Source of the DNA: Candidatus Woesearchaeota archaeon
GTDB taxonomy: Archaea > Nanobdellota > Nanobdellia > Pacearchaeales > GW2011-AR1
DNA length: 48,958 nt
Direction: 5' to 3'
Assembly: GCA_964558795.1 (NCBI GenBank)
Contig: CAZLFJ010000002.1
Span: 1 to 48,958 of the forward strand
Shown: in pieces, positions 35,152 to 44,733 of the stretch
How the letters are laid out: every line of letters begins with the position of its first letter
How positions within the stretch are numbered: the stretch's first letter is position 1
Program-made: the position numbers and the translations under genes
Notes under the pieces: model-generated
Databases searched by the model: none
What the model saw: the letters and a program-made list of their open reading frames with translations, nothing else
Told to the model about the DNA's origin: nothing

Positions 35152-36867
35152 ATGAGGGAGGAAATACTAAATTTTATATCTGAAAACAATCTATCTGTTT
35201 TTGGTAGAAATAGTGTTCGTTCAAGTCCTTACACCATATTTAAAACAAAAGATGCAAAAGAAATAAACCAAAAAGTTTTATCCTTAATATCTAATCAATT
35301 TGTTTTTGAAGATACAAAACAGTTATTGAAAATTTTAGCTTTCACTGGCAACGTTGCCGAAATAAAGAAAAGACAAGAGTTTTTTGGTAACCTCTCAAAA
35401 ACAGAAAATCTTCAATTCAAGAAGATAAAGAAAGGTTTTCCTTCCTGGCAACCAAATTATGATACTGTTGTTGTAACAGAAGAAGAATCCTTGCTAGTAA
35501 AACTAAAACAACTTGATTGCCCTGTTATTTTTATCAATCAGCAATCTGACCTAGCAGGACTTGAGAGGTATGATCTTGTACAAGTTTTGGATTGCGAAAA
35601 TTTTGGGACAATGCTTGAGAGAATCCCTCAAACAATATTTCTAAACAGTCTAGAAGAAGTATATTTGGAAAGATTTCTAATTCAATTATCTGCTTGGAGA
35701 GAGAACATAGAGACTCTAAATCAGTCAATCAAGACAAGTCAACTAGAGCAAATACTCTCCGAGTTAAATTTTCTTTTGCCAATGATTCGCTCAGAGAAAG
35801 AAAAACTACTGGATATAAAAGAAATAGAGTCTGAACTTGTAAAAATAAACGAAAAAATTATTTCAAAAATAAGAGATATGACTCTCTCGGGGGAGTCTGT
35901 GGTCTCTCTCCTTGTCAAAGGGATTCCAAAAGAAATAAAAGAGATTTTGGACAAGGAGCTGTCTTTATCAAGTATACCTCGCGAACTATTCAAAGACACA
36001 ATTCCCTTAGATCTAGATGAAAAAGAAGTAGATTCATTCCTAAAAAAACAATCCACTATTCAATTCACAAATTCTGCAGCAACAATAAAAAAGAGCAGTG
36101 AATCAATAAAAAAAATTCCAAGTCTACTAAAAAAGTTAGAATTCGAATTAATCTATCAAGATTTTATTGCAGGAATAACTAAATTCTCTGAAAAATTAGA
36201 CGAATTTCCAAGAATTGAAGAGGAATTCTTGCTTGAATCTTCAAAGAATCTGTTTCTTGATAAAGCCCAGCCAATATCCTTCAATCTTAATCCTCAAAAA
36301 AGTTGTTCAATCCTAACAGGCGCCAATTCTGGGGGAAAAACGACTTTAATCGAACACATAATTCAGCTAATCTCTTTGTTTCAACTAGGATTCAAGGTTT
36401 CTGGTAAATTAACTACTCCTCTCTTTACAGAAATTTATTATTTTGCAAAAAACAAGGGCTCGATGTCCAAAGGGGCATTTGAAACTCTTTTAACCCAAAT
36501 GTCCGAAATATCTCCTGGAGCGAACACCTTAATTTTGGCAGATGAAATAGAATCTGTTACAGAGCCCGGAGTTGCCGGGGAAATAATTATTTCGACCGCA
36601 GAATATTTTATTGGGAAAAATTGCTTTCTAGTTATTGCAACGCATTTGGGTCAAGAAGTTAAGAATCTTTTGCCAGAAAAATGTAGAATTGACGGAATAG
36701 AAGCTAAAGGCTTGACAGAAAACTATGAATTAATTGTTGATCATAACCCTGTTCTTGGAAAACTAGCAAATTCAACACCCGAACTAATAATTGAAAAGAT
36801 GGCCAAATCTCAGCAAAAACCATACTTCAATTGGCTTTTTGAGAATTTGAAGAAGCGGAAGCAATAA
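35152..36867 (+). CDS. MutS-family ATPase (MutS2-like/archaeal MutS, domain V) without a recognisable Smr or mismatch-binding domain
   Basis: Walker A ILTGANSGGKTTLIEHI, Walker B LILADEIESVTEPGVAG and a long helical N-terminal region. Confidence 0.75.
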   Translation: MREEILNFISENNLSVFGRNSVRSSPYTIFKTKDAKEINQKVLSLISNQFVFEDTKQLLKILAFTGNVAEIKKRQEFFGNLSKTENLQFKKIKKGFPSWQPNYDTVVVTEEESLLVKLKQLDCPVIFINQQSDLAGLERYDLVQVLDCENFGTMLERIPQTIFLNSLEEVYLERFLIQLSAWRENIETLNQSIKTSQLEQILSELNFLLPMIRSEKEKLLDIKEIESELVKINEKIISKIRDMTLSGESVVSLLVKGIPKEIKEILDKELSLSSIPRELFKDTIPLDLDEKEVDSFLKKQSTIQFTNSAATIKKSSESIKKIPSLLKKLEFELIYQDFIAGITKFSEKLDEFPRIEEEFLLESSKNLFLDKAQPISFNLNPQKSCSILTGANSGGKTTLIEHIIQLISLFQLGFKVSGKLTTPLFTEIYYFAKNKGSMSKGAFETLLTQMSEISPGANTLILADEIESVTEPGVAGEIIISTAEYFIGKNCFLVIATHLGQEVKNLLPEKCRIDGIEAKGLTENYELIVDHNPVLGKLANSTPELIIEKMAKSQQKPYFNWLFENLKKRKQ

Positions 36868-36894
36868 ATTTAATTTCTTAAAATCTTTTCTAGT

Positions 36895-37335
36895 TTATTT
36901 ATCTAATAACACAACAATTTCTAGATTAATTTTCCAATTTCTCATTCCAATGGGGGTTCTTTGAACAATATATAATCCTTCTTCTTTTGCAAAATCAAAT
37001 CTAGCTATATCCCTACTTTTTCCGTATATTGGTATTTTATAGGAAAATTTTTGGTTATCATTTTCAAACTCTAAATCTACAAAGCCATCCCTTGCAATAT
37101 TTCTTTTAAGATATTTAAGTTTCAAATCTCTAAAATCTTCTCTATATCTTGGCATTCCCCAAAATCTACCCATTCTAGAAAAACCCCTCAATGGGGTCGA
37201 AAAATATTCTTCCTCTTTAAGTCTTTCAATAAATCTTGGATAGGTTATTTCATCAAATTTAGGATTATTTCCTAAATTTTTTGCTCGAATCGAGAGTTCT
37301 TCAAGGTATGCTGAAATATCTGCGGAAAGTCCCAT
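36895..37335 (-). CDS. hypothetical protein
   Basis: 146-aa ORF with ordinary composition and no recognised motif. Confidence 0.5.
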   Translation of the reverse strand: MGLSADISAYLEELSIRAKNLGNNPKFDEITYPRFIERLKEEEYFSTPLRGFSRMGRFWGMPRYREDFRDLKLKYLKRNIARDGFVDLEFENDNQKFSYKIPIYGKSRDIARFDFAKEEGLYIVQRTPIGMRNWKINLEIVVLLDK

Positions 37336-37385
37336 AAAATTTAAAGGATTATTCTATTTAAAAGAGTTTATATTATCGGGGGATA

Positions 37386-38123
37386 TTAAATCCAGCCCTT
37401 TCTCTTAATTCCCGAATTAACAATTTCAAAATCAAATTCTTTCTCTGGCAAGGACCTATGTTTCTTAAGAACAAGAGTTCTTTTACTTCCTATCCTCTTT
37501 AGTTCTATCAAACATTTAGACCAATATTTTAGTAAGTCTCCACCCACCATTGACACTTGCCTTTCATCTTCGATTCGCTCTGCACCCTTAACAAAGAGAG
37601 AATAAACTTGATTAGTAACTATCACTGGGATATTTTGTTTTCTTGCAATTTCATTTAATTTTCTAAGTTGCACTGCAAGGTCACTATTCACTTCTTTAAT
37701 CTTGAAATCCTCTTTGGTTTTTATTGCATCTGCTAGTTCAAGTCTATAAAGCATAGCAATGCTATCAATTATAATCAAAGAAATATCTCCTTGCCTTACG
37801 TATTGTAGTAACTTTTCAAAATCTTTTTCTTGTTCTTTAAAACTTGTAGGTTTTAGCAAAAGAATATTTTTTAAAACTTCAGCACATTTCTCACGAGGTT
37901 CATTCATTACTTGAAAAACTCTTTCTGGAGAGAAACCTCCCTCAGTATCTACATAAACCACCTTATTTCCTTTCTTTGCCTGTGAAACTGCCACAAGGGT
38001 ACAAAGATTTGTCTTTCCACTTCCCCCAGGACCATAAAGTGTGGTGATTATATCTGTTTCATAACCTCCGAATAAGAACTTGTTTATATCATATGAACCT
38101 GCAGAGATTTTAGAATCGACCAT
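37386..38123 (-). CDS. radB: RadB-like RecA-superfamily ATPase
   Basis: GGYETDIITTLYGPGGSGKTNLC (Walker A) and IIDSIAMLYR (Walker B). At ~245 aa with no N-terminal HhH domain, it is RadB-type rather than RadA. Confidence 0.8.
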   Translation of the reverse strand: MVDSKISAGSYDINKFLFGGYETDIITTLYGPGGSGKTNLCTLVAVSQAKKGNKVVYVDTEGGFSPERVFQVMNEPREKCAEVLKNILLLKPTSFKEQEKDFEKLLQYVRQGDISLIIIDSIAMLYRLELADAIKTKEDFKIKEVNSDLAVQLRKLNEIARKQNIPVIVTNQVYSLFVKGAERIEDERQVSMVGGDLLKYWSKCLIELKRIGSKRTLVLKKHRSLPEKEFDFEIVNSGIKRKGWI

Positions 38124-38162
38124 TTATAAAAAAGAAAAAGTTTCTATTTAAGGATTGTGTTC

Positions 38163-38342
38163 TTACTTAATCAGGTTAATAATTAAATTAATTGAGAACC
38201 CAAGAAATCCCAATAACAAAACTCCAACAGCAGAAACCTTTGCAATCATTTTAAATTCGCTCATGGATGGTTTCTTCATTATTCTCCAAAGTCTTACATA
38301 CTGAGTCCATTGCGAAGAAAGCCAATTTTTTATTTTTACCAT
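38163..38342 (-). CDS. secE: protein translocase subunit SecE (Sec61-gamma)
   Basis: 59-aa ORF that is not in the supplied track: MVKIKNWLSSQWTQYVRLWRIMKKPSMSEFKMIAKVSAVGVLLLGFLGFSINLIINLIK. It has the archaeal SecE pattern (K-P-S/T-x-x-E-F-x-x-I-A-K followed by one TM) and sits in the conserved position next to ftsZ. Confidence 0.75.
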   Translation of the reverse strand: MVKIKNWLSSQWTQYVRLWRIMKKPSMSEFKMIAKVSAVGVLLLGFLGFSINLIINLIK

Positions 38343-38384
38343 ATCATTTTGTGGGAAAAAACGTTTTTAAAGTTAGTGGTAGCT

Positions 38385-39479
38385 CTAGTCTTCCTTAATA
38401 TAGTTTATTCCAAGTTCTTCGGACATTTCGTTTCTCTTTCTGTCTTCTAGATTTCCTCTTTCTCCTCTTATTTGAGAGCTTCTAACCCCCGTAATTATTA
38501 CCATTACCCTAATCGTTCCTTCAAGGTCTTTTGAAATTTGTGCTCCTGAAATCAACTTAGCATCTGGGGAAAGTCTTTGTCCGATAATTTCCATAATTTT
38601 TTTATACTCTGTCAAAGACAAATCATTACCTCCAATAACATTTACAAGTGCTCCAGTTCCATTAGTTATATCTACATCTAAAAGAGGGTTAGTTAAGGCT
38701 TTTTCAACTGCCTCAACAGCACGATTACTAGATTCATCTTCTCCCATTCCAATAAGTGAAACCCCTCCATCGGCCATAACTGCTCGCACGTCAGCAAAAT
38801 CTAGATTCACTAGGCCAGATTTGGTTACAAGTTCAGTTATTCCTTTCACAGCATTTGTTAAAATTTCATCTGCAATCTTAAATGCGGTTGGCATTGGAAG
38901 ATCAGGTGCCAAATCAAGGAGTTTATCGTTAGGTATTATAATCAATGTATCTACTGCTGATTCCATTCTCTCAAGCGATTCCATTGCATTTTCTATTCTT
39001 TTCTTTCCTTCAACAGTAAATGGCAATGTAACTATTCCAATAGTCAATGCTCCAGATTTCTTAGCAATCTCTGCAATTATGGGTGCAGCACCACTTCCAG
39101 TTCCGCCTCCAAGACCACATGTAATAAAGACCATATCTGAATTTTCAAGCTTCTTTTTGATTTCTGCTGCTTGTTCTTTGGCAGCCTCCGCTCCAATTCG
39201 AGGATTTGAACCAGCACCCAGGCCTTTTGAAATCTCTCTACCAATCAATACTTTTTGATCCGCATTAGAGTACAATAAGTCTTGTGCATCTGTATTAATT
39301 GCGATGATTTCTCCACCCTTAATTCCAACCTCCCTCATTCTAGAAACAGTATTATTTCCTGCACCCCCAACGCCAATTACTTTTATTCTAGCATTCTGTT
39401 TTTTAAGTAACTCTTCGAGTTCTCTATTTAACTCAGAATTAGGATCATTTCCAACCTCTCCACCTACCATGTATGCCAT
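38385..39479 (-). CDS. ftsZ: cell division GTPase FtsZ
   Basis: IKVIGVGGAGNNTV and the tubulin signature GLGGGTGSGAAP. Confidence 0.95.
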   Translation of the reverse strand: MAYMVGGEVGNDPNSELNRELEELLKKQNARIKVIGVGGAGNNTVSRMREVGIKGGEIIAINTDAQDLLYSNADQKVLIGREISKGLGAGSNPRIGAEAAKEQAAEIKKKLENSDMVFITCGLGGGTGSGAAPIIAEIAKKSGALTIGIVTLPFTVEGKKRIENAMESLERMESAVDTLIIIPNDKLLDLAPDLPMPTAFKIADEILTNAVKGITELVTKSGLVNLDFADVRAVMADGGVSLIGMGEDESSNRAVEAVEKALTNPLLDVDITNGTGALVNVIGGNDLSLTEYKKIMEIIGQRLSPDAKLISGAQISKDLEGTIRVMVIITGVRSSQIRGERGNLEDRKRNEMSEELGINYIKED

Positions 39480-39526
39480 ATTAAAAATAAATAACTCTCA
39501 CTTTATAAGTATTTGTAGTCTGAAAT

Positions 39527-40183
39527 TTATGTCTTCTTAACTTCATCAGCCTTCTTTAAAATTTCCATTCCAACTTCTCTTCCAAGCATATCACCAAATT
39601 TTTTTCTCATCAAATCGAAAAGAGGAGAAAACTCTTTTTCTACCTTAACAACAATCTTCTTTTCACTAATTTCAGAATCAAATTTTCTTCGAAAGAAAAA
39701 ATCTTGCAGAGCATCTAATTGCTCTTTTTTATCCTTGATTATTCGATTAATCTTATAATCATAAACTATATCCTTTCCAGCCAAAGCATTATTAAAATCT
39801 ACCATCACTCTCCCGCCAGAAACGGATAAAATCTTTGCAAGCCTTCCATCTAGGGAGAATTGCATTCCTCTTTGAGGATTTATTCTTTGTTCAAGAAAAT
39901 TAGTAATTGGTACCATTTGGATTAGGGTGGGATCTCTCTTTCCAAATGCCTCTTCTGATTTTATTTCAAGATGATACTCTTTTCCACTTTCCTTTCCAAT
40001 TAGATCTTTATCTAGCCCACTTACTACCATTTCATTTCCAACACTAATTATCAGAGGTTTTACTTCTTCCTCTTTGATTCCAAGAGCCTTTGCCTCTTCT
40101 TTCCTAGTGGTGTCAAAAATCTCTCCATCTTTCACTCTAGCGCTAAATTCAATTTCAATGAAACTATTTTTTTCTATTGCCAT
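39527..40183 (-). CDS. FKBP-type peptidyl-prolyl isomerase (long archaeal SlyD-like type)
   Basis: VKDGEIFDTT...VVSGLDKDLIGKESGKEY...VDFNNALAGKDIVYDYKI. The ATG at 40183 is preferred because a CTTAAAAAG box lies 23-31 nt upstream. The tracked start is a TTG at 40240. Confidence 0.8.
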   Translation of the reverse strand: MAIEKNSFIEIEFSARVKDGEIFDTTRKEEAKALGIKEEEVKPLIISVGNEMVVSGLDKDLIGKESGKEYHLEIKSEEAFGKRDPTLIQMVPITNFLEQRINPQRGMQFSLDGRLAKILSVSGGRVMVDFNNALAGKDIVYDYKINRIIKDKKEQLDALQDFFFRRKFDSEISEKKIVVKVEKEFSPLFDLMRKKFGDMLGREVGMEILKKADEVKKT

Positions 40184-40273
40184 AAAATAGGTCTGCATTG
40201 CATGCTTTTTAAGTTTGTTGTTTTTTAGCTCAACAAACAATAGCTTTATAAATCAAATCTCTCTCAATTTTTC

Positions 40274-40663
40274 ATGGTACTCAAAATAGTAAATGCACAC
40301 GAATTAAGACTTGGAGGGTACATCTTTGTAGATGGCGATGCATTCGTAGTTAAAACTATGGATATCTCTAAAACAGGTAAACACGGAGCTAGCAAGTGTA
40401 GGTTTGAAGCAGTTTCTGCAACAACCGGAAAAAAAAGAGTTTTTATGTGTCCGGGTCATGAAAGATTTGAAGTTCCCATGATTGATAAAAGAAAAGCACA
40501 AGTTCTGTCAGTTATGGGTGACAAGGCTAGCATTATGGATTCTGAAAACTTCGAAAACTTCGAATTAGCAATTCCTGAAGAATTAACTGGCCAAGTTACA
40601 GACGGAGCGAATGTTGAATATTGGGATATGGAAGGAACTAAACTTATGAAAAGAATTTTCTAA
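40274..40663 (+). CDS. eif5a: translation initiation factor 5A (aIF5A)
   Basis: Hypusine-loop motif SKTGKHGASKCRFEAV. 129 aa. Confidence 0.95.
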   Translation: MVLKIVNAHELRLGGYIFVDGDAFVVKTMDISKTGKHGASKCRFEAVSATTGKKRVFMCPGHERFEVPMIDKRKAQVLSVMGDKASIMDSENFENFELAIPEELTGQVTDGANVEYWDMEGTKLMKRIF

Positions 40664-40827
40664 TGGCAGCAAAAATTCCAACAGCCCAAAGAAGATTATT
40701 CAAAAATGTTTTTTTCTGTAAGGTTTGCAAACAAAAAATGAGAGTAGAGCCTGGTAGAATATTAGCAGGCAAAGTTTCATGTAGAAAATGCAAAGCAAAG
40801 GCGTTTAGAGCAATAAAAAAGAAGTAG
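40663..40827 (+). CDS. rpl40e: 50S ribosomal protein L40e (eL40)
   Basis: 54-aa ORF that is not in the supplied track: MAAKIPTAQRRLFKNVFFCKVCKQKMRVEPGRILAGKVSCRKCKAKAFRAIKKK. It has the CxxC...CxxC zinc ribbon with the RLF..K.C pattern of archaeal L40e. Its start overlaps the aIF5A stop (TAATG). Confidence 0.7.
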   Translation: MAAKIPTAQRRLFKNVFFCKVCKQKMRVEPGRILAGKVSCRKCKAKAFRAIKKK

Positions 40828-40834
40828 GTAAATA

Positions 40835-42244
40835 ATGAATAAAATTTTGATAATGGATTTAGCTTTTCTAGTAATCTTTTGCATAGCTATAGTTCTATTT
40901 TTATTCAAAAACAAGAAAAATCTTTCACGAGAGGGGATGATATACTATTATAGGACTAAGCTAGGTATGGAAGCTATAGGGAAATTTTCAAAAAAATATT
41001 CTGTTATCTTAAGAAAATTAAAGTATGTCGTAATAATTTTGGGATTTATCTTAATGATTTCAATTGTTTCTTTATTAGCATTAAATGCTTATGCCTACAT
41101 AAAATCTCCTAAACAGATTATAGAAGCAACAAACGGTGCACCACCAATTGCGCCACTAATCCCCTATTTCCCTCAACTTTTTGGAATGGAAAGTTTTTTC
41201 CCTAATTTTTATTTTAGTTACTTCCTAATAGCTTTGGCAATAGTGGCTTTGGTTCATGAATTTTCCCATGGAATCTTTATGAGAACCTTCGGAGTGAAAA
41301 TAAAATCAACAGGGTTCATTTTTTTAGGTCCAATACTGGGAGCCTTTGTTGAAGAGGATAGAAATAATTTTCAAAAGAAAAAAAACTCAGAGCAGATGGC
41401 AATATTGGGTGCGGGGGTTTTTGCAAATATCATCTTTGCAATATTATTCTTTTTAATCTTATTAATTTTCTTTAGCGTATCATATGTTCCCTCAGGTTAT
41501 GTCTTTTCTAGCTATGTCCAAACCCAGATAAATACTTCCACAATCAACGGGTTTGAAAATTTTTCTTCAGATCTTGTGCGTGTTAAAACAAACTCCTCTG
41601 ATTTTTTTATCTCAACAAACCTCTATAATCTATTAGGTTCTAATAAAACTCTCTTAACAGATCATATTTTGACAGTCTATATGGATTATCCTGCAATAAA
41701 CTCAGGATTAAGGGGAGCAATTACAGAACTAAATGGAATAATAATTACGGATTCGGATTCATTTCAAAAAGAAATTAGTAAAAATTATCCAAACGATTCT
41801 ATTATTATAAAAACCTTTTACAATGGGAGTCAAGAGAAGTATAATATCACTCTTTCTACAAACCCTTCAAATTCATCTAAAGGTTTTTTGGGTATCGGAC
41901 ATTTTGTTCAATCTCCGAAGAGAAATTCTCTTGTTTCTAAATTTGTTTCTTTTCTCAATTTTAAAGATCCAACAACTTTTTATTCCGCTAGATATAACTC
42001 TGAAGTAGCTGAATATTTTTATTATCTTTTTTGGTGGATTGCCTTGATAAATCTCTTCGTCGGACTTTTTAATATGCTTCCACTCGGAATTCTCGATGGT
42101 GGAAGATTTACATATCTTTTCATACTTTCAATTACAAAATCTAAGAAAAATTCTGAAAAAATTTATAAAGTTATTTTATCGACGGTAGGATTAATTTTTC
42201 TTTTAATTGTGTTTGGTTGGTTATTTGCAAAATTTGTAAAATAA
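40835..42244 (+). CDS. site-2 protease, M50-family intramembrane metalloprotease with a PDZ-like insert
   Basis: HEFSHG (HExxH) within a TM helix and the C-terminal FNMLPLGILDGG (NxxPxxxLDG). Confidence 0.85.
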   Translation: MNKILIMDLAFLVIFCIAIVLFLFKNKKNLSREGMIYYYRTKLGMEAIGKFSKKYSVILRKLKYVVIILGFILMISIVSLLALNAYAYIKSPKQIIEATNGAPPIAPLIPYFPQLFGMESFFPNFYFSYFLIALAIVALVHEFSHGIFMRTFGVKIKSTGFIFLGPILGAFVEEDRNNFQKKKNSEQMAILGAGVFANIIFAILFFLILLIFFSVSYVPSGYVFSSYVQTQINTSTINGFENFSSDLVRVKTNSSDFFISTNLYNLLGSNKTLLTDHILTVYMDYPAINSGLRGAITELNGIIITDSDSFQKEISKNYPNDSIIIKTFYNGSQEKYNITLSTNPSNSSKGFLGIGHFVQSPKRNSLVSKFVSFLNFKDPTTFYSARYNSEVAEYFYYLFWWIALINLFVGLFNMLPLGILDGGRFTYLFILSITKSKKNSEKIYKVILSTVGLIFLLIVFGWLFAKFVK

Positions 42245-42305
42245 AGAAAAGTATTTAAACTCTCTTGCATTAAAATTTTTAATTAAAAGAAGGGGATTAA
42301 TAAAA

Positions 42306-42380
42306 ATGGCAACAAAAAAAGCTGCAAAGAAACCTGCTAAGAAAGCAGTAAAAAAGGTAGCTAAAAAAAAGAAAAAGTAA
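42306..42380 (+). CDS. 24-aa Lys/Ala-rich micro-ORF (MATKKAAKKPAKKAVKKVAKKKKK)
   Basis: ATG preceded by AAGGGGATTAATAAAA. It shows codon-periodic alternation of GCN/AAR rather than a plain A-tract. Coding status is unproven. Confidence 0.3.
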   Translation: MATKKAAKKPAKKAVKKVAKKKKK

Positions 42381-42419
42381 AGCTAAAGCTATTTAAATAG
42401 CATTTTGTTTTTTTAATTT

Positions 42420-43457
42420 ATGGTAAAAAATTCTGTTGGATTGTCAGAAAAAATCAAAAACAATCTATTAAAAAAAAGTTATGGTTTATTCGGCATCGGT
42501 GGCGCCGTTCAAATTTGTAACTACACCAAAAGTTCTATTAGGGGTGGAGAAGGTTGCTGGAAGCAAAAATTCTATGGAATTGATTCTTCTAGGTGTTGTC
42601 AATTCTCTCCTTGCGTTATGAACTGCGACAATAAATGTATTCATTGTTGGCGACCGATAGAAATGAATTTAGGAATACACTTAAAAAAAATTGATGAACC
42701 TGAAGAACTAATCGAAGGAGTAATAAAATCTAGAAAAAAACTTTTAATGGGTTTTGGAGGAAGAGCTGGAATAGACAAAGAAAAATTTCAAAAATCTTTT
42801 GAACCCGGGCTATACACTCTCTCTTTATCTGGAGAAGCAACACTCTATCCAAAACTTCCAGAGCTTATTAGGTTAATTAGAAAAAGAAATGCAGTTTCTT
42901 TTATCGTAACAAATGGACAGAATCCTGAGATGATTACAAAACTTGCAAAGGAAAAATCTCTTCCAACGCAACTAACTCTCTCAACAAATGCCCCCAATAA
43001 GGAATTATTCATAAAATGGCACAATCCCTTAAGAAAAGATGCTTGGGAGAGGTTTAATAAAACAATTAATATTCTAAAAAATTTAAAAGGCAAGTGCCGC
43101 AGATGTATTCGATTAACTCTTGTAGCCGAAGGAAAAGACAAGAATGCAAAACTAAATTCTCTAACTAACATGTCCGATAAAAATGTTTCAGAATATGCAA
43201 ATTTAATTACAAAATCCGAACCCGATTTCATTCATGTAAAGGGTTATACCTCTATAGGTTCTGCAAGAGATCGAATGGGCTATGACAAGATGCCTTGGTT
43301 CAAAGATATTCAAACTTTTTCAAAAAAACTTCTAAAAAATATCAATTTAAATTTAAATCCTAATGAAAAACCTTGGAAAATTCTTGGAGAAGTCGAAAAG
43401 AGCAATGTGGTATTAATTGGTAAGAGTAAAAACGGAATGAAGATCAGAAAAGTCTAA
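42420..43457 (+). CDS. taw1: tRNA 4-demethylwyosine synthase (Taw1/TYW1), radical SAM
   Basis: Auxiliary-cluster Cys residues in the N-terminus, radical-SAM CDNKCIHCW, and the C-terminal wyosine-formation pattern FIHVKGYTSIGSARDRM. Confidence 0.85.
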   Translation: MVKNSVGLSEKIKNNLLKKSYGLFGIGGAVQICNYTKSSIRGGEGCWKQKFYGIDSSRCCQFSPCVMNCDNKCIHCWRPIEMNLGIHLKKIDEPEELIEGVIKSRKKLLMGFGGRAGIDKEKFQKSFEPGLYTLSLSGEATLYPKLPELIRLIRKRNAVSFIVTNGQNPEMITKLAKEKSLPTQLTLSTNAPNKELFIKWHNPLRKDAWERFNKTINILKNLKGKCRRCIRLTLVAEGKDKNAKLNSLTNMSDKNVSEYANLITKSEPDFIHVKGYTSIGSARDRMGYDKMPWFKDIQTFSKKLLKNINLNLNPNEKPWKILGEVEKSNVVLIGKSKNGMKIRKV

Positions 43458-43957
43458 CTTGGTATAAACTTCGGATGGAGCACGGACAGTTTATATGGGG
43501 GATTTGTGTCTACAATAAGTACCCAAGAAAAACTGATGTGGTCTATAGTTGTTTCTAATCCAAATTTTTTCTCTCTAAAGGCCTGGATGGCATCTATGCC
43601 CGTATTCTCATGGGTAATAAACAAACACGCATCGGTGGTGCGATCCTTCATTTCTGATTCTAAAACACCAACAGCCTCTGATAGCCTATCGGGGCAATGA
43701 TAATTTAATTCTTTGAGTTCATATTTTGGAATCATAAGAGATTTATCAACACCAAGTGTTTCTGCGTAAATATTTGCAGTTTGGCTAGTCCTAGGTGTTG
43801 GTGAATATAGAATCTTAAACTTTAAATTTTTTAAAATTCCATCCTTTAATCTATTTGCCATTTGCCTAGACACAAGTATTCCATGTTCGTCTAAATTTCC
43901 AGTTGTTTCATCGTAGGTTCCGTGTCTAGCAATCAATAAATATTTAGTAGATGCCAT
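43454..43957 (-). CDS. histidine-phosphatase superfamily protein (SixA-size)
   Basis: LIARHGTYD (RHG), SPTPRTSQT and ITHEN. 167 aa. Confidence 0.7.
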   Translation of the reverse strand: MASTKYLLIARHGTYDETTGNLDEHGILVSRQMANRLKDGILKNLKFKILYSPTPRTSQTANIYAETLGVDKSLMIPKYELKELNYHCPDRLSEAVGVLESEMKDRTTDACLFITHENTGIDAIQAFREKKFGLETTIDHISFSWVLIVDTNPPYKLSVLHPKFIPS

Positions 43958-44231
43958 TTATTTTTATTAAATGAAATCCAAATTGTGTTTTAATTGGTCC
44001 GATAATATCACTAATTTTATTTTTAGAATCAAAGCAGGCCATATCAAATTCTTTAACCATCATCCCCCTTTCAAATTTTCCAAGGTCTCCCCCTTGTTTC
44101 TTCGAAGGGCACAAAGAATATTTTCTTGCCGCACCCTCAAAGGAAATTTCTTCCTCTTTTATGTCTTTCAAAATATTTAGACATTCTTTTTCAGTCTTTA
44201 CTAAAATATGGGATGCGTTTACTTGAGTCAT
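43944..44231 (-). CDS. parvulin-type peptidyl-prolyl isomerase (PinA-like)
   Basis: ASHILVKTEKE...GGDLGKFERGMMVKEFD...FGFHLIK. 95 aa single-domain parvulin. Confidence 0.85.
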   Translation of the reverse strand: MTQVNASHILVKTEKECLNILKDIKEEEISFEGAARKYSLCPSKKQGGDLGKFERGMMVKEFDMACFDSKNKISDIIGPIKTQFGFHLIKINGIY

Positions 44232-44731
44232 GCTACTGTGCCTCTAAATTCTTTATACTCTCCAGTTTTTAGATTCAAGTAAAAACCTTCTCCTGGGAGA
44301 AACTCTGCCCGGTCTGACTGGTTTAGTCTTGCTAAAATAGACTCTGGGAAACCATCATGAGCTACAGTCAAACAAACAGGCGAACGTTTATTCTCATTCG
44401 CGAAATCAATGAACCTATCAATGTATCCTCTCATTCTTATTGCTATATCTGGGCAGACAGAAAAAACCTCATCGCAAATTGGCATTCCAGGATATTTTTT
44501 TGATTCATCATATTTAATTTCATCCTGGAGTATAAAAAGGGTTTCTAATGCTCTTCTTGTTGGGGATGCAATATTGGTAATGTTTCGCATATCATGCTCA
44601 TTCGCCAATTTTGCAATTTCTGAGGAAACCTGCCCAATTCTCTCTATACCTTTTGGTTCTAATCTCATAGGAAACCCTGTTGCCTCTCCATGTCTTAGTA
44701 CAAATAAGTGTTCATAATTTAATTCACTCAT
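44228..44731 (-). CDS. histidine-phosphatase superfamily protein (SixA-size), paralog
   Basis: LFVLRHGEATG (RHG), SPTRRALET and VAHDG. 167 aa. Confidence 0.7.
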   Translation of the reverse strand: MSELNYEHLFVLRHGEATGFPMRLEPKGIERIGQVSSEIAKLANEHDMRNITNIASPTRRALETLFILQDEIKYDESKKYPGMPICDEVFSVCPDIAIRMRGYIDRFIDFANENKRSPVCLTVAHDGFPESILARLNQSDRAEFLPGEGFYLNLKTGEYKEFRGTVA

Positions 44732-44733
44732 AT

